In this document: positions 1-8,332 of the stretch, one piece after another
How the letters are laid out: every line of letters starts with the position of its first letter
How positions within the stretch are numbered: the stretch's first letter is position 1
From: a virus
Reading direction: 5' to 3' (one strand)
Virus record (IMG/VR): IMGVR_UViG_3300034102_003113
Length of the DNA: 64,000 nucleotides
Program-made: the position numbers and the translations under genes
Notes under the pieces: model-generated
Database searches by the model: none
What the model saw: the letters and a program-made list of their open reading frames with translations, nothing else
Told to the model about the DNA's origin: nothing

Positions 1-1
1 T

Positions 2-466
2 TGGTTCTATCCAACAGTGGTTGCCAACTACAATAATGTATTAGATTGCAATTCAGGTTATTATTCGTCTGGAAACGTAGGACCAAGATTGGAGATGAAT
101 AGTTCAGGCACTCTTGGCTGGGTATATTCAAACAACACTGGAAACAATAGTGAATTTTATTCCCACAATGTGATAAATAGTGGATTAGCAGCAAATACTT
201 GGCATTGCGCTGCGATAACATATAACGGAGGAGCAAATACTTCAACAACTTACTATAACGGAAATGCAACTGGAGTGACTAGAAGTACATCTGGAAGTCC
301 AATTGGATTTGCCGGTACGTTTAATAATTTAAACATCGGAAGAGGGTTTTTTAATGGTAGGTATTTTCAGGGAAGAATATCTCAAACACAGATATATAAC
401 AGAACATTGACAGCATCAGAAATCCAACAAAACTTCAACTCCCTCAGGGGGAGATTCGGTTTATAG
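2..466 (+). CDS. LamG/concanavalin-like domain virion protein, C-terminal part (5'-truncated by window)
   Basis: Frame is open from nt 2 (WFYPTVVAN...). LamG-type motifs NTWHCAAITY, YYNG, LNIG, YFQGRISQTQIYNRTLTASEIQQNF. Confidence 0.75.
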   Translation, partial: WFYPTVVANYNNVLDCNSGYYSSGNVGPRLEMNSSGTLGWVYSNNTGNNSEFYSHNVINSGLAANTWHCAAITYNGGANTSTTYYNGNATGVTRSTSGSPIGFAGTFNNLNIGRGFFNGRYFQGRISQTQIYNRTLTASEIQQNFNSLRGRFGL

Positions 467-489
467 GTATATAAGATAGTGCTGGAAGA

Positions 490-1170
490 ATGGCGAATTC
501 TGACAAGGATATTCTTATAACCGCGAATAGAGGATCCGCAACTGACGATCCCAAGATCGAGTTTAGGGGTGCCAGTTCTTCTTTAGGGCCGCAAACAATT
601 ACTGTTAAAGCATATCCATTATCCAATGGTACCGTAAGTTTTGAAGGATCTGCTGGGCAACTTTTTTCTGTAACAAATAACCTCACCAGCGGGTCGATTT
701 ACTCAGTTAATGATGTCTCTGGTATTCCAAGTATTGATGTAAATGCAGATGGAACTATTTCTCTTGCTCCATACACTGGAACAGTGGTTTTAAAACAAGT
801 TACTGAAACAGTAGCAAATACTTTTACCACCACACTTGCTCCTTCTTCTGGTACGTTTACAGTTGATACATTGCTGGGAACTGTTATTCTTGGAGATCTC
901 AATGCTTCTGTGACTACATGGGCATTCACTAATGTCCCAACAGCAAACAGCAGAGCAATAACAATAACTCTAATTATTGATGGTGATACAGCGCAAACCT
1001 ATGGTGATGCTTGTAGTGTAAATGGTAATGCTGTTTCTGGTGGAGTTAAGTGGTCTGGTGGTTCTGCTCCAACTGCAACAAACAACTTTGATATAATTAC
1101 ATTTACCATCGTAAGAGATAGTGCTGGAACTACTCACGTGTTTGGTTCAGGTAATACAAACTTTAGCTGA
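490..1170 (+). CDS. putative tail fibre/virion structural protein
   Basis: 226 aa, S/T/G-rich. SFEGSAGQLFSVTNNL and VKWSGGSAPT...DIITF segments are typical of phage fibre modules. Confidence 0.6.
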   Translation: MANSDKDILITANRGSATDDPKIEFRGASSSLGPQTITVKAYPLSNGTVSFEGSAGQLFSVTNNLTSGSIYSVNDVSGIPSIDVNADGTISLAPYTGTVVLKQVTETVANTFTTTLAPSSGTFTVDTLLGTVILGDLNASVTTWAFTNVPTANSRAITITLIIDGDTAQTYGDACSVNGNAVSGGVKWSGGSAPTATNNFDIITFTIVRDSAGTTHVFGSGNTNFS

Positions 1171-1178
1171 GGTGCACT

Positions 1179-2105
1179 ATGAGCCCGATAGCATTTGGAT
1201 TAGGAAGTAGCAGAGCATTTGGCATAGGAAAAGCAACAATACTCCCAGCAGTTCCGTTGAATTGGGAAATGTTATTAGTTGGTGGTGGCGGAGGTTCTTA
1301 TGCTCCATGGTATGGTACAGCATTTGATGATAATTTGATTTGGCCAACTTATTCTGGAGGCGGCGGCGGTGGTGGCGTAAGAACCACTAGCGGAACTACA
1401 GCAAACGGAAGTTCTTTATATCTTACTATTGGTGCTGGTGGTGCTGGTGCCGACAACTCTACTGGTAAAGGAAGTTCTACATATTATGCTTTATCTTCTG
1501 GGGGTGCTGCTGTTTTTACATCATTAGGTGGCGGTTCTGGTGGAAGTTCTGGCACAGATAAAAATGGTAGTTCTGGTGGTGGTGGTACTTCTTCTAGGTC
1601 ATCTGGGTTTCCAACAGCAAGACTTACTGCGGGAACAGGAACTGCTGGTCAAGGTAATAATGGAGGTGGCGCAAATATCTTGGATTATGGTGGTGGCGGC
1701 GGTGGTGGATATGGAGGTGCTGGCACTACTAGTAGTGTGGGACCTTTTGGTGGTACTGGAGGCAATGGTGGTGCCGCATATAATTTAACATCATTTTCTA
1801 CTACTTCTGATAGTTATGTTGGATGGGGAGGCGGTGGAGCAGGTGAAGGTACTACTGGAGTTAATGGAGATCCAACAAATAATCCATTCACAACAAATGC
1901 CCCAGCAAATAGTGGCGGTGGTGCTCACGGAGTAACTGCTAATTTTTCAGCTTCTTCATCTAGTGGTGGTTCTGGGGTAGTTGTAATTCGATATCCTGGC
2001 ACTGTTGCTAAAGCAACTGGAGGAATCATTACATATGTTACAGTGGGTGGAACTGCTTACGTTATACATACTTTTACAGGTTCTAATACATTTACTGTTT
2101 TATAA
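1179..2105 (+). CDS. glycine-rich virion-associated protein
   Basis: 308 aa with LLVGGGGG, GGGGGG runs, GGSGVVVIRY and IHTFTGS. GAGGT SD-like sequence upstream. Confidence 0.7.
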   Translation: MSPIAFGLGSSRAFGIGKATILPAVPLNWEMLLVGGGGGSYAPWYGTAFDDNLIWPTYSGGGGGGGVRTTSGTTANGSSLYLTIGAGGAGADNSTGKGSSTYYALSSGGAAVFTSLGGGSGGSSGTDKNGSSGGGGTSSRSSGFPTARLTAGTGTAGQGNNGGGANILDYGGGGGGGYGGAGTTSSVGPFGGTGGNGGAAYNLTSFSTTSDSYVGWGGGGAGEGTTGVNGDPTNNPFTTNAPANSGGGAHGVTANFSASSSSGGSGVVVIRYPGTVAKATGGIITYVTVGGTAYVIHTFTGSNTFTVL

Positions 2106-2107
2106 GC

Positions 2108-2362
2108 ATGGCGCACTTTGCTAAATTAGACGAGAACAACAAAGTAGTCGAAGTTATTGTGGTATCTAACGATGATATCGTTGATGAAAATGGAGAAGAA
2201 AACGAAGAGATTGGTATTCAATTTTGTAGAAAGATTCAAGGAGAAAATACTAACTGGAAGCAAACCTCGTATAATGGAAACACTAGAGGAAGGTATGCTG
2301 GCATTGGAATGTATTACGATGAAATAATTGATGAGTTTGTTATTCTTGCCGGAGATGAATGA
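2108..2362 (+). CDS. conserved small phage protein (MAHFAKLD-type), often adjacent to Gly-rich proteins
   Basis: MAHFAKLDENNKVVEVIVV...WKQTSYN...YAGIG..YD pattern; tight gene packing. Confidence 0.65.
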   Translation: MAHFAKLDENNKVVEVIVVSNDDIVDENGEENEEIGIQFCRKIQGENTNWKQTSYNGNTRGRYAGIGMYYDEIIDEFVILAGDE

Positions 2363-2976
2363 ATATAAAATTACTCGATGATCCATTCCCTCATGTATTA
2401 ATTGAAAACTTTTATAGTGAAAAAGAGTTAGCATTAATACTAGAAGAAATTAAATTTTTATCCCATCCAAACAAATTATACAAACCAGGAGTTCATCACG
2501 CTAGTAATTCAGAACTTACTGAAAGCAGAGCACTACACCTGGAAAAAGCATATGCTATGCCAGAGTTATCTAATATTCTTCAAGTTACAAAGAAGACATT
2601 AGATACCCCATTCATATCAACAATCGTAAATAAATGGCCTCATTTATTACGTCTCAGATATGTTAATATGATTATCACAAAGTTAAGATACTACCACGAT
2701 GGAGAGGGATACCAACCTCATACAGATATTGGACATGAGTTTTTAACCTTCTCATATTTCCACACCACACCAAAAAAGTTTAGTGGTGGGGAATTGTATT
2801 TTCCGCAATACAATTACGAAATTGAGTGTTCACATAATACTCTCATTTTATTATCTGGATATGTAGAGCACGGTGTAAAAAAAGTATCTATAAATGATGA
2901 TGCTTATTGGAATGGTGATGGGAGATACTGTATATCTCAGTTTATGAGTGTAAAGAATAGTGATAATTATGTCTGA
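2359..2976 (+). CDS. 2OG-Fe(II) oxygenase (prolyl-hydroxylase-like)
   Basis: HTD (HxD), FSGGELYF, distal H (EHGV) and 2OG-binding R (RYCI). ATGA overlap with the upstream gene. Confidence 0.85.
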   Translation: MNIKLLDDPFPHVLIENFYSEKELALILEEIKFLSHPNKLYKPGVHHASNSELTESRALHLEKAYAMPELSNILQVTKKTLDTPFISTIVNKWPHLLRLRYVNMIITKLRYYHDGEGYQPHTDIGHEFLTFSYFHTTPKKFSGGELYFPQYNYEIECSHNTLILLSGYVEHGVKKVSINDDAYWNGDGRYCISQFMSVKNSDNYV

Positions 2977-3700
2977 ACAAATACATCAAATCTATCACGT
3001 AGCAAGGTGCGGTTCTACACTAATGACCTCATTGCTATCTACAGTATGTAAAGCATATGCTGAACCATCCTGGGCAAAGTCTTTATTGATTGGAACCGAT
3101 CCATATAAAAACATAGAAAATTTCTATGGGTCTGTTGTTAAGTTTCCAAGCATGACTACTTGCTTTGAAACAAGCTTTCCTGGAAATAAAGTATTTCTAT
3201 ACAGACCTTTAGCACAACATCTGTGTAAAATTAAATCTGTTGATCCTATATGGATTAAACAAAGATTACCTAAGACAGATTATATTTTTAAAAATCATAA
3301 TCATCCAGCAATCACTTGGAACTCAGAAGATGACTTGGACAAAATAACATACGTGTGGTTGTGTAGCGTATTTCGTATGTTAGATAGTTCAAATGTTTTG
3401 TGGATAACTACAAATGATTTTCTACAAGATAAAAAAGAAACTTTGAGGAAGATATGTAACCACTTTAATTTACCAGAAGTAACTGACTTTTCTTTCTGTG
3501 ATATTGATGTAAAAAAGACAAGATTAAATGGAAGAGATGATACAGTTATCGATACATTTAATCAAACAAAACATATAGAATACACATTCCCCTCATATGG
3601 TTTGATAGAAACTAGCATGGCTTTATATGATCCAGATATAGAGAGAAGGGTGGAGATAATTGAAAAAATATTTCCTAAACTTAATAGGCTTTTGTATTAA
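2969..3700 (+). CDS. sulfotransferase-like (P-loop) protein
   Basis: HVARCGSTLM resembles the 5'-PSB motif; FLYRP resembles the 3'-PB motif. Likely start is ATG 2969. Confidence 0.55.
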   Translation: MSEQIHQIYHVARCGSTLMTSLLSTVCKAYAEPSWAKSLLIGTDPYKNIENFYGSVVKFPSMTTCFETSFPGNKVFLYRPLAQHLCKIKSVDPIWIKQRLPKTDYIFKNHNHPAITWNSEDDLDKITYVWLCSVFRMLDSSNVLWITTNDFLQDKKETLRKICNHFNLPEVTDFSFCDIDVKKTRLNGRDDTVIDTFNQTKHIEYTFPSYGLIETSMALYDPDIERRVEIIEKIFPKLNRLLY

Positions 3701-3750
3701 ATTGTTAAATATTCCACGTTATATGGGAGATAACCGCTCCGTGACTTTGA

Positions 3751-3758
3751 GTTTAAAG
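3751..3758 (+). promoter_or_regulatory. putative late promoter motif GTTTAAAG
   Basis: Intergenic octamer that recurs upstream of about 12 mostly structural genes. Confidence 0.6.
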
Positions 3759-3795
3759 TGATACTAGAAATACAGCAGTAATCAGAGTTTGCTCC

Positions 3796-6120
3796 ATGGC
3801 CCTTACTCGTATCGATTCATACCTCGTCGACCTAGATTCACTCGGAGGGATTACCTTCGATGACCAGGCGGGGACCCCGACGTTTAAAGTCGATGCGGTT
3901 AACCATAGGGTGGGGATTGGGATTGCGAGTCCAATAACAAAATTAGATGTTAGGAATGGAGTAATCACTACTGGTTCTAATCAATCCACAGATGGGTCCG
4001 AACTTTTAAGAGGATATTATTCCGAGGGGGCACTAACAGTTATTGGATCTGAATATAGTAGTGGTGGCCCAGTTATTGGATACGCCGTAAAGCCATCTAC
4101 TTCTGCAAATGGGGCGTTCTTAAGTTCTACTTCTATTACGGTTGGTAGAGGTGCATATTCAATAGATGGCAATGCTCATCGTTGGTATGGGGGAAGTGTT
4201 CAGACTGTTGCTGAAAATAGTTCAGTGACCACAAACGAAGTGATGAGAATCTCTTCGAGCGGTAATGTTGGTATTGGTACTAACAATCCTACTCATAGGT
4301 TAGTAGTTTACGGAACGGCACAGGCCAATGAAATAAGATCGTCTGATGGCACAGTAACTTCCCAGTGGTATCAAGATAGTAGCGGATTTGGTGTATTCGG
4401 AACAACTAGCAACCATCATCAGATATTCAGGACTAATGGTTCTGAGAAAATGAGAATCAGTAGTGGTGGTTATGTTGGAATTGGAACGTCAGGACCACTC
4501 GATGCTTTACACGTACATGCGGCTGGATTCGATATTGTCGGTGGCAATGCCATCAATGGCCAGACTATGGCCGGGATTAAAGTAACAAATTCACAAAACA
4601 CCGATTCTTCTGTCGGGATATGGTTTGGTACTACAACAAGTCATTGGAGCGGGATAAGTGGCCAAAGGTCTAATTATCTCAGTAACTGGGGAACAGATTT
4701 AAGATTCTACACCCATGAAGATGCTACGAATGATCTGACTTATACAAGAGAGCGCGTTCGTATAACTTCAAGTGGTAATGTTGGCATAGGAATCACAAAC
4801 CCGGCAACTAAGTTAGAAACGTCTTTAATAGTTCAGGGGCAGGGAGCAGAAAGATACACTCCAGTAGATGTTTTATCTATCAGTGCAGATAACCCAGGGG
4901 CTACTGTATATGGTGGATTTGGTCAAGGACTTGTGTTTAGAGGAAGGTCTTATAACGCCTCGACATACAGACCCCTTGGAAGAATTCTTCATAGGATATG
5001 GGATGATTCTATTAACACAACTTTAGGAAGTAGTTTAGAATTTCAAACATCAAATAATGGTTCCGTTGCCGCTGAACCAACTACAAAAATGATTATTGGT
5101 TACAATGGAAATGTCGGTATAGGCACCACAAACCCTGGGGTGCCTCTAGATGTCAAAGGTATCGATAGTTTGATAAGGGCCTCGGAGGCGGGGAGTGGCA
5201 CAGCATGGAGGTCCCGAATCATCTCCCAAAACCCCGACGGCGCAGTTCAACGAGCATCATTCTTAGGAATCTATGGCACTAGTGCCGGAGTTTTTGCCCA
5301 TAACTCCACATTAAATGGCTGGGCGCCATTGTTTGTAAACACTACCAACGGATCGAGTGATGGCGATAATGTTATATTAGCCGGTTCTGGTAATGTCGGC
5401 ATTGGCACCGTAAACCCACAAGTCCCCCTGACTATTCGCTCTGTTCACGCCACCGCATCAGCTACGACTTACACAGGCGCCCTTCTCATCCACGACGAAC
5501 CTAACGGAGTCCAGCCACACCTAGGCGCTGGAGTATCCTATAATGGCGGGTTTCAGCACTCCTGGATTCAAAGCAACAGTGCTTCCGGCGTGTATCCTTT
5601 AGCATTAAATCCGGCCGGAGGCAATGTAGGTATAGGAACCACAAATCCAACATCAAAGTTACATGTGCAGGGAAATGCAGTAATAACTGAAAAACTCACA
5701 TATGGTTCAATGAATAGAGTATCTCTCTCTATTCAAACTATTCCTACATCGCCTAGCAATGTGCAGTATCTACATATCAGTAGGTTGTCAAATAACAGAG
5801 TTGCTGGAAAAGTCCAAATATGGATATACGGAGAATGGGGAGGACAACAAACTGGTAACGGATTTAACTACTATGAAGCAATGTGGATGAGTTTTAATTA
5901 TATAGGTCCAGGAGCTTATTCAAAAGAACTTCAAGCTAATATTGACGTTGGGGGTAATACAGGTACAGGAGTTACAGGAGTTACTGTCTCCACAACAGAA
6001 GATGAAATTATTTATGCAATAGCATGTAATTGGTACGGCGAGATTGCATGCATTATTGAATGGCATGGAAATGATAATCTTCAGTATGTTTTAAATTCGA
6101 CCTCTACTAATGTATTTTAA
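3796..6120 (+). CDS. tail fibre protein with G(N)VGIGT-xxP repeats
   Basis: 774 aa with seven VGIG repeats separating variable modules. Confidence 0.75.
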   Translation: MALTRIDSYLVDLDSLGGITFDDQAGTPTFKVDAVNHRVGIGIASPITKLDVRNGVITTGSNQSTDGSELLRGYYSEGALTVIGSEYSSGGPVIGYAVKPSTSANGAFLSSTSITVGRGAYSIDGNAHRWYGGSVQTVAENSSVTTNEVMRISSSGNVGIGTNNPTHRLVVYGTAQANEIRSSDGTVTSQWYQDSSGFGVFGTTSNHHQIFRTNGSEKMRISSGGYVGIGTSGPLDALHVHAAGFDIVGGNAINGQTMAGIKVTNSQNTDSSVGIWFGTTTSHWSGISGQRSNYLSNWGTDLRFYTHEDATNDLTYTRERVRITSSGNVGIGITNPATKLETSLIVQGQGAERYTPVDVLSISADNPGATVYGGFGQGLVFRGRSYNASTYRPLGRILHRIWDDSINTTLGSSLEFQTSNNGSVAAEPTTKMIIGYNGNVGIGTTNPGVPLDVKGIDSLIRASEAGSGTAWRSRIISQNPDGAVQRASFLGIYGTSAGVFAHNSTLNGWAPLFVNTTNGSSDGDNVILAGSGNVGIGTVNPQVPLTIRSVHATASATTYTGALLIHDEPNGVQPHLGAGVSYNGGFQHSWIQSNSASGVYPLALNPAGGNVGIGTTNPTSKLHVQGNAVITEKLTYGSMNRVSLSIQTIPTSPSNVQYLHISRLSNNRVAGKVQIWIYGEWGGQQTGNGFNYYEAMWMSFNYIGPGAYSKELQANIDVGGNTGTGVTGVTVSTTEDEIIYAIACNWYGEIACIIEWHGNDNLQYVLNSTSTNVF

Positions 6121-6123
6121 GTA

Positions 6124-6153
6124 TTGACAAAACCACCATTTATGGTTTAAAAT
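6124..6153 (+). promoter_or_regulatory. sigma70-type promoter TTGACA-N18-TAAAAT overlapping GTTTAAAA
   Basis: TTGACA at 6124-6129 and TAAAAT at 6148-6153, upstream of ATG 6185. Confidence 0.5.
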
Positions 6154-6184
6154 AGATACGTATACATCACATAAACGTTTACGT

Positions 6185-6433
6185 ATGGAACCCACTGCAC
6201 TTAAGGAAAACTTCACTGCCCAACTGGAAAAGCTGGAGAAAGAAATCGGTCAACTCCGCACCGCCCTGGCCCAACGTCAAGAACTGGCCATCAAACTCCA
6301 AGGAGCCATCGAGGCAATGCAACTCCAACTCGGGGAAGAGCCCGGTCAAGGTGGCGCTGGTGGCGAAGGTGAAGTTGTCACCGAGGCCGTAGCCGAAGTG
6401 GTGCCAGGCGAAGTAACCACCGGCGCTGCTTGA
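6185..6433 (+). CDS. small coiled-coil protein
   Basis: Heptad-like N-terminal half, acidic tail, biased codon usage, flanked by a promoter and hairpins. Confidence 0.6.
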   Translation: MEPTALKENFTAQLEKLEKEIGQLRTALAQRQELAIKLQGAIEAMQLQLGEEPGQGGAGGEGEVVTEAVAEVVPGEVTTGAA

Positions 6434-6434
6434 T

Positions 6435-6524
6435 AAAGGCGGGCTATACTCCTTCGGAGTACGCCCGAATCCAACTCATAAAGAAATAGCGGGGGAGGAA
6501 CAACGTTCCTCTGCCCGCCTTTTT
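6435..6524. terminator. double-hairpin, probably bidirectional terminator between convergent genes
   Basis: TACTCC-TTC-GGAGTA and GAGGAAC-AAC-GTTCCTC hairpins with GC-rich outer stems, followed by a T-run. Confidence 0.6.
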
Positions 6525-6783
6525 ATTGTTTATAAATCAACTCAGGAGCGGAGTTTTTAGGGTTCCGTGTCCCCCCAGCCAGATCAATCCGACTAATTAT
6601 CATCCCCAAGTCATAATACTCATCAAAAATATCCACTCTCCGCCCCTTCACAATATCCACCATCACCCTATCCCCTTCCTCTTCTGAGTAGGAGATCACA
6701 TAACAATCATTAGTGAGATATTTAGTATCTACCTGAGGAAAATCTACGTCTTCCCCTATCACCTTTATTTTACTTTTTGACAT
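6523..6783 (-). CDS. hypothetical protein (cyanophage-type)
   Basis: 86 aa with DIV...VDIFDEYYD...GGTRNPK; part of an overlapping minus-strand trio. Confidence 0.55.
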   Translation of the reverse strand: MSKSKIKVIGEDVDFPQVDTKYLTNDCYVISYSEEEGDRVMVDIVKGRRVDIFDEYYDLGMIISRIDLAGGTRNPKNSAPELIYKQ

Positions 6784-7112
6784 CTTTCAGCGACCTCCAT
6801 GACTCTATCGATGAACCTTTCGATAAGTTTTTGATCGGCAGGGACAATATCATCGGGTCCGTAGTCAGTGAAGATGCTCAGATCGAAGAGAGCAGGAAGG
6901 TCGAATTTAGCACTTGATGGGTCAGGCCATCCACTAGAGACATAATGGAGAAACTCTTCCCTCATGGCCCTAGGAATAAACCTCCCACCTATGAGTTGCC
7001 AAATCCCTCCATCATATGAAAAAATGTCTCCATTAGCCAAGACAACCACATCACCGGGTTCTTTTGACTCAGGGAATTGGGCATTACCGCCCCGCAACCT
7101 GGTAATAATCAT
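6765..7112 (-). CDS. hypothetical protein
   Basis: 115 aa ORF translationally coupled to its neighbours. Confidence 0.5.
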   Translation of the reverse strand: MIITRLRGGNAQFPESKEPGDVVVLANGDIFSYDGGIWQLIGGRFIPRAMREEFLHYVSSGWPDPSSAKFDLPALFDLSIFTDYGPDDIVPADQKLIERFIDRVMEVAERCQKVK

Positions 7113-7294
7113 CAGTACTCGTCAGATAGAGAAGGACCTTCTGATTCTACCATAGCCTCACCTTCACCCTCACCAAAGATCTGATTCAATGCCTGCTCGA
7201 GCTGGGCGATCATGGTCTGGACAAGGTACTTATTACCTGAGGACTTGGCATCAGCATACGAGTCGATTAGGATCGCTAGTTCTTTCTTTCCCAT
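7112..7294 (-). CDS. hypothetical protein
   Basis: 60 aa helical, acidic ORF; its stop overlaps the next start. Confidence 0.5.
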   Translation of the reverse strand: MGKKELAILIDSYADAKSSGNKYLVQTMIAQLEQALNQIFGEGEGEAMVESEGPSLSDEY

Positions 7295-7315
7295 GGCTCT
7301 AATTTGCTATGTCTT

Positions 7316-7323
7316 GTTTAAAG
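7316..7323 (+). promoter_or_regulatory. putative late promoter motif GTTTAAAG
   Basis: Intergenic, about 42 nt before ATG 7366. Confidence 0.6.
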
Positions 7324-7365
7324 TTACTTAGACCTATAAACTAATATTCCGAGGTTTATTACCTG

Positions 7366-7674
7366 ATGGCTCTCAATATTAAAGATTTTGAGATCTCGAA
7401 AACGTTTAATAACGTTGTTCTCACTACGGTAACTGGATCACCAGACACCGACGGAGTACCCACCATCTCCATCCCATCCCTACTCGAGGGATATACCCAA
7501 CTCCGTGCTCAGGGTCGCCTTCAAGATGGATTTGGCACGGCAATTCCTCTTGTCCTCTCCCGTAATCTCATTGAGGTAGAGGCCGATCCACTCTCCGCAA
7601 ACTCTGTAATGCGCCGTCGTGACATCCACGCTATCCGCGCTCAGCAATACATCCACAACCTAATCTGGAGCTAA
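7366..7674 (+). CDS. hypothetical (probably virion) protein
   Basis: 102 aa; first gene of the long structural unit. Confidence 0.55.
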   Translation: MALNIKDFEISKTFNNVVLTTVTGSPDTDGVPTISIPSLLEGYTQLRAQGRLQDGFGTAIPLVLSRNLIEVEADPLSANSVMRRRDIHAIRAQQYIHNLIWS

Positions 7675-7689
7675 CTTCTCTTACCTCTC

Positions 7690-8094
7690 ATGGCAAACGT
7701 TCTTCTCCCCTCAAATATTTCCTCTAACGCCCTCCGTTCACCAACTAATGTTGAGAATGCTGAGGCTAATCGTCTTATCACCGTACCCGCGGCAACTAAC
7801 CCTCTCACAGAGGCCGAGCGTAACTTTGCCCTTGTTACCTCGTTGACAATCGCTAACAAGACACTCGGTGCTGTTGAGGTAAACGCAAAGATTGTAAACT
7901 CCACCTCATCTGCCTATATCCTCTATGGTGTAAGCATCCCCGCTGGAACAGCCTTCGAGGTCATCCAAGGCAATAAGTTTATCCTTAAGGAAGGAGATAG
8001 TCTTTACGTCTGGCACAATTCCACCTCGAGTAATGTAGTAGACGTAGTTGCATCCTACACCATCCACATTCCTAATACCCCATACACTGTCTGA
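7690..8094 (+). CDS. small beta-sandwich virion protein
   Basis: SLTIAN...IPAGTAFEVIQGNKFILKEGDSL...DVVASY pattern seen in phage structural proteins. Confidence 0.55.
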   Translation: MANVLLPSNISSNALRSPTNVENAEANRLITVPAATNPLTEAERNFALVTSLTIANKTLGAVEVNAKIVNSTSSAYILYGVSIPAGTAFEVIQGNKFILKEGDSLYVWHNSTSSNVVDVVASYTIHIPNTPYTV

Positions 8095-8297
8095 TGACTA
8101 ACGATCCTCTTAGTTCAGTGTATAAGATCGAGGGGATCTACGCTGATCCCTACGACGTAATTAAAGCAATCAAATCTACTCCTAAGGAGCAAAGACAGGA
8201 CATCATCGACGCAGTCAAGAGTGGACGACTCGATGCCAATCCAAATGTCCTTAGAGAAGTGCAAAAATTTGAGCATCAACGGGACATGTCATCCTGA
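8094..8297 (+). CDS. hypothetical protein
   Basis: 67 aa; TGATG coupling. Confidence 0.5.
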   Translation: MTNDPLSSVYKIEGIYADPYDVIKAIKSTPKEQRQDIIDAVKSGRLDANPNVLREVQKFEHQRDMSS

Positions 8298-8302
8298 AAG
8301 GA

Positions 8303-8310
8303 GTTTAAAG
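8303..8310 (+). promoter_or_regulatory. putative late promoter motif GTTTAAAG
   Basis: Intergenic, 22 nt before ATG 8333. Confidence 0.6.
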
Positions 8311-8332
8311 TAACTAAGACTAGCTCTTAGAC

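Noticed and set aside
1179-2105. GGT/GGC-rich tandem repeats or CRISPR-like array
   Set aside because: These are glycine codons within an ORF, with no repeat-spacer periodicity.
2359-2976. TET/JBP-type DNA base oxidase
   Set aside because: Motifs and context fit the prolyl-hydroxylase-like 2OG family in a fibre island, far from the nucleotide genes. It cannot be fully excluded without a profile search.
3796-6120. Diversity-generating retroelement or invertible fibre cassette
   Set aside because: No reverse transcriptase, invertase or near-identical TR/VR pair was seen in this window.
6435-6524. tRNA gene
   Set aside because: A multi-stem fold is possible, but there is no T-loop/D-loop consensus, 7-nt anticodon loop or CCA in the expected positions.
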